Positions 16,598-31,850 of a stretch of DNA of 60,338 nucleotides are shown here, in pieces. Location: positions 1-60,338 of the forward strand of contig NW_021832252.1 of the NCBI RefSeq assembly GCF_006345805.1, given 5' to 3'. The stretch's first letter is position 1. Every line of letters begins with the position of its first letter. Below the pieces are notes generated by a model. That model had not been told where the DNA came from. It saw only the letters and a program-made list of their open reading frames with translations, and ran no database searches. The DNA is from Octopus sinensis (taxonomy: Eukaryota). The translations under genes and the position numbers were made by a program.

Positions 16598-16980
16598 GGC
16601 GCAGGAGTTGCTGTGTGGTAAGTAGCTTGCTTATGAAACCATAAGGTTCCGGGTTCAGCCCCACTGCATGGCATCTTGGTCAAGTGTCTTCTACTATAGC
16701 CTTGGGTTGAACAAAGCCTTGAGAGTGGATTTGGTAGACGGAAACTGAAAGAAGCCCGTCGTATATATATATATATATGTGTGTTTGTGTTTGTCCCCCT
16801 AGCATTGCTTGACAACTAATGCTGGTGTGTTTATGTTCCGTGTCACTTAGTGGTTCAGCAAAAGAGACCGATATCATAAGTACTGGGCTTACAAAAGAAT
16901 AAGTCCTGGGGTCGATTTGCTTGATTAAAGGCGGTGCTCCAGCATGGCTGCAGTCAAATGACTGAAACATGTAGAAGAGA
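16598..16980 (+). mobile_element. Full-length SINE family A
   Basis: tRNA-like A/B-box head, central (AT)n(GT)n, LINE-like hairpin tail. Confidence 0.88.
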
Positions 16981-17006
16981 TAGGTTTCCCTATTTTCTTC
17001 CATATA

Positions 17007-17400
17007 CAGTCAACTCTCGCTACTTTGCCACTCTGTGGGACTGAGCCAAAGTGGCATAGTACCGAGGGTCTGTTATCTAAACACTACATAACCAAAACTT
17101 TACTGAACATACGAATAAAAATTCATAGGGTAGGAAGTAAGGCCAATAAGAAGTTCAATGCAATGGTAAAAAGAAGACATCCATGTTTATTAAGTTCAAA
17201 TTGCTTTTAGTTAATCCTGAAGCTCTCAAAAATTGTCGGTGACTCATCTACTTCGGCGGTTTTCATTCATTTCATTGTCTAGCCTATCACACGCCTGCAT
17301 GACCCTGGGTTCTCCGCTGCTCTTCTGCTGCATAACTTTCGGATAGTGCTCCATGCTCTCTGGGCATCTGCAAAACTGGCATAGTAGGGAGAGTTGACTG
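17007..17400. mobile_element. Tigger/pogo-type MITE
   Basis: TIR CAGTCAACTCTCGCTACT (17/18 match) with TA on both sides. Confidence 0.85.
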
Positions 17401-17454
17401 TATCATATTTATTATTGAAATATCACTTCAATGTCTAACTGAAGTTTATATGTA

Positions 17455-18400
17455 TTCCAATCATTTTTACATGTACAATTTTTGTTTCTGTTGAGAGCCC
17501 TCTAGGATCTTTAATGGTTGGTCTTCAGAATTTAGTTCTGCAGTGTGAATTTCTGTATCTTCAGTTGTTGTAAGGCCTTTTACCAAAATAAGACACCTGA
17601 ACATCTCAGGTGTAATTCTTTGAGTTTAAAAAATATTCACACATTCTGTTAATTGTTCCTGCGTATGTGATAAAATCACCATCCTCTTTTTCATTATATT
17701 CCAACACACCATCCAAGTGTTAGAGAAGTTTTATCCCGAATATGTTAGACAGAATTCTATTGTTTCTTTAAAAAAAATTTCATTGAGTTTTTGTGGGGTA
17801 ATATGAAATTAAAATAATGTTCATACTCAGATGGGGCTCATTTGTCATAATAACCTTACTTTTTCTGTGTCTGACATGTCTTACAATCTTCCTTAAAAAT
17901 TACCTGCTGTAGTACAATGCAACAGTATACCGTCCTCTGGGTTATAACTGGATTCGATCGATCCAAAACGGCGTCTGGCAAAAATGTACTTCCCTCATTT
18001 TTGGACTTCTTTGAATAAAGCTCCAATCATTGTTGTTGTTGCTGCCTTTATCATTGATTTTGCAACAGTTTTAAAGAAGCTAATTAGTCTTCCATGATTA
18101 ACAATTTTGTATCACAAAAATTTGTTAACTGACCTGCAAGAGCTTCGAAACCCTCATCGCCAGATGTTGTAACATAATTGTTCCGTACAATAAATAAGAT
18201 AACCAGAAAATGTAACAACAATCTAATGAACTAACAAATCTTTTACGAACCAACATTCAATATTCCTTAGGAAGTAAACCAAGCGACACCTTCCGACTTC
18301 AGTTGACTCTGAACCGCAAACCACTCAGATCGTTACTATTTATACTTTACTCGAACCAGTCTATCTCTCACAAGGGGACATGGTAACTCTCATCACAACA
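17455..18400 (-). mobile_element. Ty3/Gypsy remnant: LTR (18165-18400), PBS and decayed gag
   Basis: LTR termini TGTTGT...ACAACA, then TGGCGATGAGG PBS-like motif. gag-like FKEDCKTWSDxEKVRLL...FGDKTSL...FRCLIL. Confidence 0.75.
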
Positions 18401-19347
18401 GGTGCCATTCTAACCAGATGCCCATCATAATCCCTGCTTGGTGTCTGGTAAGAACAAGACCATGAAAACCTGCTCTACAGAATGATTTAGCAAAAAATAA
18501 GTATGATGATAATCACTTGCATGGGTTGAGTGGGGATGTGCTTGAACCATAGGTAGAGTGGGCATTAGGCTCTTGAAAAATATTCCCACTCTACACCCAA
18601 AACTGTGACACAAACAGCAATAAGCCTCCAGCTAGTGCCAGAATATGTGGGCAGTAGCACAAAGGGTGCAGATCCTGGGATCCCTGAGTGTGTCCAGCAG
18701 AGGATAACTGATCATGGCGGGAACTGGAGTGTAATATATTTGTGTGAAAATAATATATCCTCAAGAAAACAGAGCAAATTAATATAATCAATATTGTTTG
18801 AATAAAAAACACAAATCGTAATTAGTGAGTTGATGCAAATGAGGAAAATGTGAAAAATGAATTTATTTGTAAAAAGTAATACATTTGCAGTATTTTATTC
18901 AGCAGGACATCTGTTTTATCATTGATATTGTTATTGATCAATATGAATAAGTATATGTTTAGTTAAGGTAGATTATTGAGAGAATGATTTAGCACAGATT
19001 ACACAGTCATAAGAATCTCTCCTGTATGAATATGTTTGTGTTTAGTTTATTATTTCTCTCTATGAAAGAATGACTTGTCACAGATGTCACAGTGATATGA
19101 TTTCTCTCCTGTATGAATGTATTTGTGATGAGTTCAATATTGTTCCACAGAGAATGATTTACCTCAGATATCAAAGCAATAGAGTTTCTCTCCTGTATGA
19201 ATACGTTTATAAGTATATACAGCATATTCCTGAGAGAATGATTTGCTGCAGACATCACAGTCACATAGTTTCTCTCCAGTGTGAGCAGACTTGTAATTAA
19301 TTAAATATTTTCTTAAATGGAATGATTTGCCTGCAGATACTACAGTG

Positions 19348-22910
<3,563 letters not shown>

Positions 22911-23349
22911 TATTGTTCTGTAGTATACAGACAGAAAATATATTTCCCCCTTCTTCTTTATATATATCTTCTACAGCAAATCTGATCTTGAATATCTGAA
23001 AATGATACAAACACCTTTCCAGATTTTCTCACATTCAAACACAATGCAAAATACTTTTGTAAATATTCCTGGCAACGAGGAAAACAAATGTTGCTATTAA
23101 TTCAGAACAAATATTTCACCGTTATTCACACCAGAGATATATATTTATAACGGCTGACATTCGTTTTCAAAACATGATCAATATTCATGATGTATCTCAC
23201 GTAAAAACTCCTTTATACGAGTATCTGAAATGACACAGAAACAGTAGAAGATATAGGAAAGACTTAAAAAGCAAAGGTTTAACATAAAAATTATAACTAC
23301 ATTTTCATAATGATAAACTGTGGATATAAAACTTTTACCCGAATAAATT

Positions 23350-24567
23350 ACACTTTAAATGATACTCATGACACAAGACATACTTTCGTCTATAATGACC
23401 TGAGTCACAAATCTAATACTTTCTCTAGTTTAGTTTCAATGCACCCAAACAAACAAAAAAGGAAAAGCAGTGTAAATAACGGACAGAGTCAAAAAATTGA
23501 AAAGGTTGCAAGACGCAACGAAAATTTTAGGAAAAAAGGAAATAAGTAAGAAATAACTGCAAAATTTTACCGATGAGTGTGTTAAGTTATAAGGCATCAA
23601 CCACAGTGAAAATTTTGTTGATCCGACAAATGCGTCGGTGCACACACAGATGATAGAGAGATTGTGGGGGTCAGTTAAGAGATCAGTTGTTCGCCCAGGC
23701 ATTCGTGCCTGTTACTTTAAAGCAATACCTCTCCAAGTTCCTATTATGGAAAGCATCAAACCTGCTGCCAAGAGAAACACGTATTTTATTGGCAGCAGCA
23801 AGTCTTTATCCTGGCCCGAGATAATTTTTTCCTCCAACCCATCTCATTTCTTTATCATCACTGTCGATGGACCACTCAAAGAGGTATGTATACATTATCA
23901 TTTTCGTAACATAATTTCTGTAGTATTTCAAGATGTTTCTGACACGTATTTTGATTCACATGGCGGAGATCCAACATTTCTTCAAGTTTTCCAGAATTTC
24001 TTTTCTTTTTTTTTTTTTTTTTTTGCGAAATATGTACAAAAATACGGAGTTTATGATTCATGTGTGAGTGTGTGTTCTTGATACTCGTTTAGAACACGTA
24101 GTTTTACACCAATTACACTATTTTTTCTTAGTTTAAAGGCCGTGGACTGAAGATGTGAAATTTCCGAAGCCTCTCCCCCACCCCCCCTTTCGCGAGCGCG
24201 TATTTTTTTTTATCATATTCGTTTAGAGCAAGTTGTTTACACCTATTACGCTATTTTTTTTTTGTGCCCGGGTCAGACGGTTTCGGAAATTCCGATGTAA
24301 ATTTTCCGAGGCTTCTCCCCCACCCTCTTTCGGGAGGGGCATTTTTTTTGTCATATCGTCGTTGAGAGCAAGTTGTTTTACACATATATTACACTATTTT
24401 TTTTTTGTTTTGGTGCCCGGGTCAGCCCCTCAGACGCTTTCGGAAATTCCCGATGTGAATTTTCCGAGGCCTCTCCCCCACTCCCTTACGCGTGCGCGCG
24501 CATTTTTTCATATTCGTTCATATTTTTTTTGTTCTTTGAATGGTTGTTGTAACGCTTTAGTTTAACC
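23350..24567 (+). mobile_element. Merlin (IS1595/IS1016-type) transposon 3' portion with transposase remnant
   Basis: INHSENFVDPTNASVHTQMIERLWGSVKR...(frameshift)QYLSKFLLW...AASLYPGP*. ~115-bp subterminal repeats. End CTTTAGTTTAACC followed by gttaattc. The 5' boundary is approximate. Confidence 0.85.
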
Positions 24568-25255
24568 GTTAATTCTATTCGCCAATAAATGTCTTTAATT
24601 AAGCCAAGAAAATTTGGATTTTACTTGGCATGGCCATGAAAAAGCACCAAATTTTTAGCTTTTCTTTCATTACAGTAGATATTCCATTTGCTGACTGTGT
24701 CGATTCAAAGCCGTCTATTGATTTATCATAGAGGTATTATTTGCTAAACATCTATATTTGCTGTTCCTGTCGAAATAATCCACGTTAATTATGTCTGATT
24801 TTTGCTCCTGTGAATAATCTGCAATCTAATAAAACAGAAATAGCTGACTGCAACATGAGGCCAGTGGTACCGCGATGATAAAACAAGATACACCTTTTCG
24901 TAGACAGAATCAGCAAATGGCTTTAAACTTGAAAAGAAACGAATACACAAACGTATTTATGATCCAGACCTTCAACACATGTGAATGCAGAATTTTTTAA
25001 AAGATTTACATTATTAATAAGGTTACAGAAGGAAAAGTCGTGGTGGGTTGGTGTTTAAATTATAGTTGTGTTTATGTTGATGTATTCTAAAAGTGAGGAC
25101 AGTCGGGAACACAAGCGAATTTCATTAAGAGGTCTGCTCAGTCAGGGGTGACCATGGGCTAAACAACAGTGTCTTGCCACGTATCTGAAGATAGTAGAGA
25201 ATTATTGTCCACCGTTTTGTAGTTTAACATTTTCCATAATATCTGAAGGGGAGGG

Positions 25256-25372
25256 GGTTAAACTAAAGCGTTACACCATTCAAAGAAACAGAAAAAAAAA
25301 ATGTGTGTAATAGGTGTAAAAAACACCAATGTGGTTAGCCATGGATGGCTTCTAAACTTCTTTAGTTTAACC
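25256..25372. mobile_element. Mini-Merlin (two termini only)
   Basis: GGTTAAACTAAAG...CTTTAGTTTAACC, followed by gaattaac (reverse complement of the 8-mer at 24568). Confidence 0.75.
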
Positions 25373-25489
25373 GAATTAACATCGATGTCAAACTAGCAAA
25401 CTTTTAAAACTTTTTACTTTTGTTTGGAGTTTCGAATTAGCCAGGTTAATCGGCTTCTGCTAAAAAATAAAATATATATTACATCTTAC

Positions 25490-25623
25490 CTGTTTTGATA
25501 AATAGATCATATGTTACGATAATTAGATTAATGTGAATTAATGTTAATTACACGAAAGAGCAATTAACGGGAATATAGTTTAAAGACACTTTAAAAGTTG
25601 GCATGGAAAGTCAACGAAACGAA
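25490..25623 (-). promoter_or_regulatory. Putative promoter motif and non-coding exon 1 of the 19-23 kb ZNF
   Basis: TTCGTTTCGTTGAC motif at 25600-25623. Donor CAG|GTAAGA at 25490/25489, oriented toward the gene. Confidence 0.55.
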
Positions 25624-26107
25624 CTAAAATATCCTGATGTTGTATACCTCGTATTACTACACATTTGTCGGATGATAAAACTGAGTTGGTAAATTTTTTA
25701 TGTTTTATTATTGCTATAATTACTATTTAAAATTTTGAATTGTAAGAAAAAAATCAAAATGATGGCAAAAGATACAAAACTAAAGCTTATTTTCCAGTCG
25801 ATTGCTACTTTTACGCTGTTCTGTCGTCGAACCTGTAAGTTACAGGGACGGAAAGAAACGAATACAGCTTATCAGGGTGATGTTGGATGAGGATAGGGGG
25901 GAAACATGCAGGCATCAGTGTTCGAAAACCATTGTTGGTTTGTTTATATTCCAGTAACTTAGTTGTGCAATGGAAGAGGGCGGGGGTAAAGAATACGCCC
26001 ACCACCCGTTTACGGTGTAAGCCTAGCCCATGCGTCGCAGGAGGCGGAAGAGGTCAAGCAGGTCGCACGTGTGGTCATCGACGAAGGGACAGTTCGAGCA
26101 GAGATGA

Positions 26108-27823
26108 GAAATCGCACGTTGACGTCGGTTGTGTTTTTTTTACGCTCGTGAAATTTGGTAAAAAAGAACAAAAAGTGAGTGGGAAAATTGTTGTTGTTGT
26201 GGAATTTTGTACGTTTGTTGATGCGGTTTCGCGTTACACTGGTTCTACGCGTTGCACTGTTTCTGTTCGGGCGGCCGTTTTCGGTCTGTCAGACGGAGGG
26301 AGATGGACGACCACTCCCTAGTGGAGGAGTCGGAGGAAGAATGGATATTTGAGAACTTGTCGGAGACATCGACCTCTGAAGACGAGCAAATCGGTGATGT
26401 AAATAATGTGGAGATAAAAAACAGGAAAACGTACGCAGGAGTTGCAAAAAAGAAGACGGCACAGGAAAAGGAAATAAACCTAGAAAAATTGCCAGGTTTC
26501 CAGAGGTATATGAGGAAGGACAGCGGTGAGGTGGAACTAACCACCACCACCAGAGAAAAGAATGGTTGGGAAAAGGACCATCATATACAGGGTATTCGCA
26601 AGCGGAACGAAAAAGATAGAAGTGGTGAATATGGAGTGGATAAATGAGGCGCTAAGAAGAACGGAAGAGGAAATCGAATTTCTGTCGAGAGGTTCAAAAT
26701 ATGGTACTGTAGTAGTACAGTTCAAAAAGTGAGAAGGCAGCAAGGAAGATGGCGGCGAAGGCGGTGAAATCCGAGAAGGTAATACTTTTGCCTACGTATT
26801 AAATAGAAAAATCACAAGAGTAAGGTCGAGGGAATAGCCCAAAACATTGAAGCCGAGTGGATTGTGACGGCTATAATTAGCGGCCACGAGGATGAAGTGG
26901 ACATCCTCCATGCCTCGGTTAAGACCGAGGGCTGGAGAGGCGTGACAGTGGAACTAAATGTGCAGGCAGAGAACGATGTACTGGTGGACCTAACAGAAAA
27001 CATCAGATTGGGAGACGTGATCATGAGAGTGTGGATGGAGGGCAGGGCGCCCAGGTGCTATAAGTGTGGCCTGAGGGGTCACATAAAAGCCTGCTGCCCT
27101 CTCCCACACAAAGAAACAGTGATCCAGGAAGAGGAGGAAACGGAGCCGGAAAAAGTTGAAGCGGAAGAACCTGAGGAGGAGAAGGAAATCCAAACTGAGT
27201 GGGAAGACGTACGGAAAAAAAGAAAAAGAAGAAGGAAAGTGAACTTTATTGAATCCCAATCCACCCCAACACCACCCGCACCCTCTGAGCCCCATCCTTC
27301 CCCTGCAACCAAAGAGCCCACCCATTCCCCACCTACAAGAAAACCTAAAAACGCAGACACACAGATGATACAAGAGCCCAAGCCCCATACTTTATGTTTT
27401 ATAAAAAAGGAAGACAATGTGAAGCCGACAAGTATCTTTGGTGAAAAATCATGGTATGAGGGAGAAGATGGAAGTTACATGGCGATGAAAGGTGAAATAA
27501 TGGACGCAAGGAAGATTTTGTCGGAAAAAAATGGAGGTGAGTTGTAGAAGCGATTGAGGTGGAATTTTCGGATGAGAAGAAAAGAGTGTGAAGAGATATT
27601 TGAGATAGTATTAGGAAAGGAGGGGCTTTTGATTGGAGATGATAGGTGACGAAGGGTTGTGAAGGACAGGTAAGTGATGCTGGCGGATGGGGCCGTTAGC
27701 ATCGCTTTCATATTACCATTTTTTCATTTAAAATTCATTTTTCATAATATTAATTATAATGTTCTATGTCCCCAATGTTTTGTAATGTCCCCTCTCCGTC
27801 GCCCCTTGTGGGTAATAAAAAAT
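26108..27823 (+). mobile_element. Tx1/L1-like non-LTR element carrying only a (frameshifted) ORF1
   Basis: CpG-rich 5'UTR. ORF1 runs from ATG 26313 through frameshifts to 27547 and contains a gag knuckle CYKCGLRGHIKAC. No RT. 3' end GCCCCTTGTGGGTAATAAAAAAT. Confidence 0.75.
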
Positions 27824-27832
27824 CAGAGATTA

Positions 27833-28209
27833 GAAATCGCACGTTGACGTCGGTTGTGTTTTTTTTACGCTCGTGAAATTTGGTAAAAAAGAACAGAAAG
27901 CGAGTGGGAAAATTGTTGTTGTTGTGGAATTTTGTACGTTTGTTGATGCGGTTTCGCGTTACACTGGTTCTACGCGTTGCACTGTTTCTGTTCGGGCGGC
28001 CGTTTTCGGTCTGTCAGACAAAGGGAGATGGACGACCACTCCCTAGTGGAGGAGTCGGAGGAAGAATGGATATTTGAGACCTTGTCGGAGGCATCGACCT
28101 CTGAAGACGAGCAAATCATATTATTTTCATATTATTAATTATAATGTTCTATGTCCCCAATGTTTTGTAATGTCCCCTCTGCATCGCCCCTTGTGGGTAA
28201 TAAAAAAAT
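27833..28209 (+). mobile_element. Second, internally deleted copy of the Tx1-like element
   Basis: 27833-28118 repeats ~26108-26390, joined directly to a copy of the 3' end (27740-27823). Confidence 0.85.
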
Positions 28210-28425
28210 CAGTGACGAGGAAGCGACAGGACGTGTCAAATTCGTAAGAGACCTCGGATCTTCGCCGAGGTAAGGCCTTTTGTATTTCTTCCTCCCGTTG
28301 CTTCTCCTTCTGTTGTCCTCTTCATCCATCACACTACACATACATACTTGTCCTTCTCATCAAGTAAACTCTTAGCAGAAAAAGAATCAGGAAAATGCCT
28401 TTTATCACACGCCTTCTTAAAAAGA

Positions 28426-28490
28426 ATGGCGGTGCCCCAGCATGGCCACAGCTCGTGAGCTGAAACTAGATGAAAATAAATAAATAAAAC
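28426..28490 (+). mobile_element. Isolated CR1/L2 family B 3' tail
   Basis: ATGGCGGTGCCCCAGCATGGCCACAGCTCGTGAGCTGAAAC. Similar tails near 56680 (+) and 56820-56880 (-). Confidence 0.7.
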
Positions 28491-28890
28491 TAAGGGAGGT
28501 CTCTCCTGTTTTTATTTCTAATACTCTTGAAACGATTGAATTTGGATTTAATAAAAATAATATTGAATAAGACTTTGCGAGTCAGCTTTACATAATTTCT
28601 TGGGTATTGGTTAGAAAACAACCCACGGGTTTCTCACCTTAACCTTAAAAAGAAATAAACGAAGAACGACACTACAGGTTTAAAGAAGAGATCGTAAGAG
28701 TAGCAAAAAACCTGAAAATAAGTAGTCAGCATATACTTTTGTATTTTTTGCCATTATTCGGGGTTTTTTCATTATAATTCACATTTCGAAAACGTAATTA
28801 TAGCAATAAAAACCATTAAAAATTTACCACTTCAGTTTTAGCATCCGACAAATGCGTAGTAATTGGATGGATACAATATTTAGAAGTTAG

Positions 28891-29014
28891 TTCGTTTCGT
28901 TGACGTTCCGTGTCGGTTTTTCTAATGTGCCTTTAAATTATATTTCCCGCCAGATCGATCCTTTATGTAATTAACGTTAATTCATATTAAACACTAATTT
29001 ATTTATCATCACAG
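28891..29014 (+). promoter_or_regulatory. Putative promoter motif and non-coding exon 1 of the 32.7-kb ZNF
   Basis: 26-bp motif at 28891-28916. Donor CAG|GTAAGA at 29014/29015. Confidence 0.55.
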
Positions 29015-29226
29015 GTAAGATACAATACATGTTTTGTTTGTGGTAAAATCCGATGACCCTGGTTAATTGGAAACTCCAGACAATTGTGAAAGTTTTGAAT
29101 GTTGCTAATCTGATTTCGATATTAATTCCATTCTCCGTTAAACTTCTTGAATAATGCCAAGAAAATCTAATCTTAATTTTTACTTGGTATGTCGATGAAA
29201 AAGCACCAAATTTTTAATGTCTTTTA

Positions 29227-31489
29227 GGCGATGTTACGATATAAGTACCGGATACATTTCAAAAAAGTGTTTTTTTTTATATATGGGGTGTTAGGGTGGT
29301 TAATATAGGGCGTAACAAATATCAGAAAATCAAAAAAAAAAATGTGTGTAATAGGTGTAAAACAACTTCCTATGAACGAATATGAAAAAAAAAATTCGCG
29401 CACGCGAAAGGGGGGGGTGGGGGAGAGGCCTCGGAAAATTCACATCGGGAAGTTCCGAAAGCGTCTGAGGAGCTGACCGGGCACCAAAACAAAAAAAAAA
29501 TAGTGTAATATGTGTAAAACAACTTGCTCTAAACGAATATGACAAAAAAAAATGCGCTCTCGCGAAAGAGGGGTGGGGGAGAGGCCTCAGAATATTTATA
29601 TCGGGAATTTCCGAAAGCGTCTGAACCGGGCACAAAAAAACAAAAACAAAAACAGCGTAATAGGTGTAAAACAACTTGCTCTAAACGACTATCATGAAAA
29701 AAATGCGCGCTCGCGAAAGGGGGGTGGGGGAGAGGCTTCGGAAATTCCACATCTTCAGTCCACGGCCTTTAAACTAAGAAAAAATAGTGTAATTGGTGTA
29801 AAACTACTTGTTCTAAACGAGTATCAAGAACACCACTCACACATGAATCATAAACTCCGTATTTCGCAAAAAAAAATAATAAAGAGAAAAAAATTCTGGA
29901 AAAAGTGAAGAAATGTTGGATCTCCGCCATGTGAATCAAAAACGTGTCAGAAACATCTTGAAATACTACAGAAATTATGTTACGAAAATGATAATGTATA
30001 CATACCTCTTTGAGTGGTCCATCGATAATGATGATAAAGAAATGAGTTGGATTTGAACTCAGAATATTGACTAACACAACTACTACTACAAGACTCAAAA
30101 TATTCAGCCAAGTCACCACCCTTTAACTAGCAATAATAATAACATCAATAACATAACAGCCAAAAGATTTATTTGTTCTGAAAATAACAATCATAGTAAA
30201 TAAATATGTTCTTTAATATTCACATTCATGTGCACAGTTAAACACACTTACATACAAACAGTCACGCATGCATAATACAGAACGGAACACATAAATGAAG
30301 GATGCATTACTTAGTATATATTACATCTAGAGAATTTTGATTAATAAGTCAAATATGCAAATTATAAAGATAATTAATTGCTTTACTAAACAGTGATGTA
30401 AAGGTGAAAAAATAAATTTGGGAAAAAAAATACACGCCAAAACTAATTAATAAAGGATAATTAGGGAAGGATTGACACAAAATAATAATTTTTCTGTCTC
30501 TTTTTTTCTGATAAATGCATCTTAATAAGTGAGAAGAATTGCATATATCTGAACTATTTCAAAGAAAAGCATAAATTTAATGTTTAAAATAGCTTTAACC
30601 AGGAATGAGATCCAACATTTCTTCACTTTTTCCAGAATTTCTTCTCTTTATTTTTTTTTTTTTTTTGCGAAATACGGAGTTTATGATTCATGTGTGAGTG
30701 TGTGTTCTTGATACTCGTTTAGAACAAGTAGTTTTACACCAATTACACTATTTTTTCTTAATTAAAGGCCGTGGACTGAAGATGTGAAATTCCGAAGCCT
30801 CTCCCCCACCCCCCTTTCGCGAGCGCGCATTTCTTTCATGATAGTCGTTTAGAGCAAGTTGTTTTACACCTATTACGCTGTTTTTGTTTTTGTTTTGTGC
30901 CCGGTTCAGACGCTTTCGGAAATTCCCGATATAAATATTCCGAGGCTCTCCCCCCACCCCTCTTTCTCGAGAGCGCATTTTTTTTTGTCATTCGTTTAGA
31001 GCAAGTTGTTTTACACATATTACACTATTTTTTTTTGTTTTGGTGCCCGGGTCAGCTCCTCAGACGCTTTCGGAACTTCCCGATGTGAATTTTCCGAAGC
31101 CTCTCCCCCACCCCCCTTTCGCGTGCGCGAATTTTTTTTTTCATATTCGTTCATAGGAAGTTGTTTTACACCTATTACACACATTTTTTTTTTGATTTTC
31201 TGATATTTGTTACGCCCTATATTAACCTGTTAGGGTTAGGGTTTCTATTATAAATCATTAAAATCCTTTAAAATGTTTTTGCCCGAAGGCCGCGGCCATG
31301 CTGGGGCACTACCGCTGGAACTCATATCTTCAAAAATGTAAACAAAGTCACGTGTGTACATATACCGAAGGATCGCCACACACCCTAACTTTAAACCTAA
31401 CCCTAACGCCCCATATATAAAAAAAACACTTTTTTGAAATGTATCTGGTACTTCCGGAAGTACACCGGTACTTATACCGTAAGATCGCC
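29227..31489. mobile_element. Composite GGCGATC-family DNA transposon, 8-bp TSD
   Basis: Termini GGCGAT(G/C)TTACG(A/G)TATAAGTACCG. Flanks gtctttta / ttctttta. The empty site is in the paralogous intron near 24660. An extra internal end lies at 31377. Confidence 0.8.
29298..31227. mobile_element. Merlin-related foldback element with ~630-bp inverted arms, 9-bp TSD
   Basis: TIR GGTTAATATAGGGCGTAACA. Perfect TSD tgttagggt (29289-29297, 31228-31236). The arms match 23830-24530. Confidence 0.88.
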
Positions 31490-31624
31490 TTCTTTTATTA
31501 CAGTAGATATTCCATTTGTTACTTGTGTCCGTTCGAAGCTGTCTATCGCTTTATTATAGAGGTATAACTTGCTACGTATCACTATTTGCTGTTTATTTTG
31601 TCAAAATGATTGGCTTTAATAGTT

Positions 31625-31850
31625 ATCTCTATTCTCTCGTTTACTTGTTTCAGTCATTTGACTGTGGCCATGCTGGAGCACCACCTTTCAGTCGAGCAAA
31701 TCGACCCCAGGATTTATTCTATTGGGTTTCTTTAGCCGAACCGCTAAGTTACGGGGACGTAAACACACCAGCATCGGTTGTCCAGCGATGTTAGGGTGAC
31801 AAACACAGACACATTAACATACATATGCACATATGTACGACGGGGTTCTT
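31625..31850 (-). mobile_element. SINE family A, 3' part
   Basis: Reverse complement of the tail at 16740-16980. Confidence 0.8.

Noticed and set aside
16598-16680. tRNA-like sequences (also 8390-8475, 39872, 46518, 56540-56622)
   Set aside because: They are SINE heads continuous with SINE bodies and tails, with no complete cloverleaf.
23450-23830. IS1595-like transposase as bacterial contamination or recent horizontal transfer
   Set aside because: Merlin is the known eukaryotic branch of this family. The copy is decayed and embedded in host intron sequence.
29330-31203. Multiple 60-120 aa ORFs in the foldback arms (also 24233-24565)
   Set aside because: Low-complexity translations of subterminal repeats with no domain motifs.
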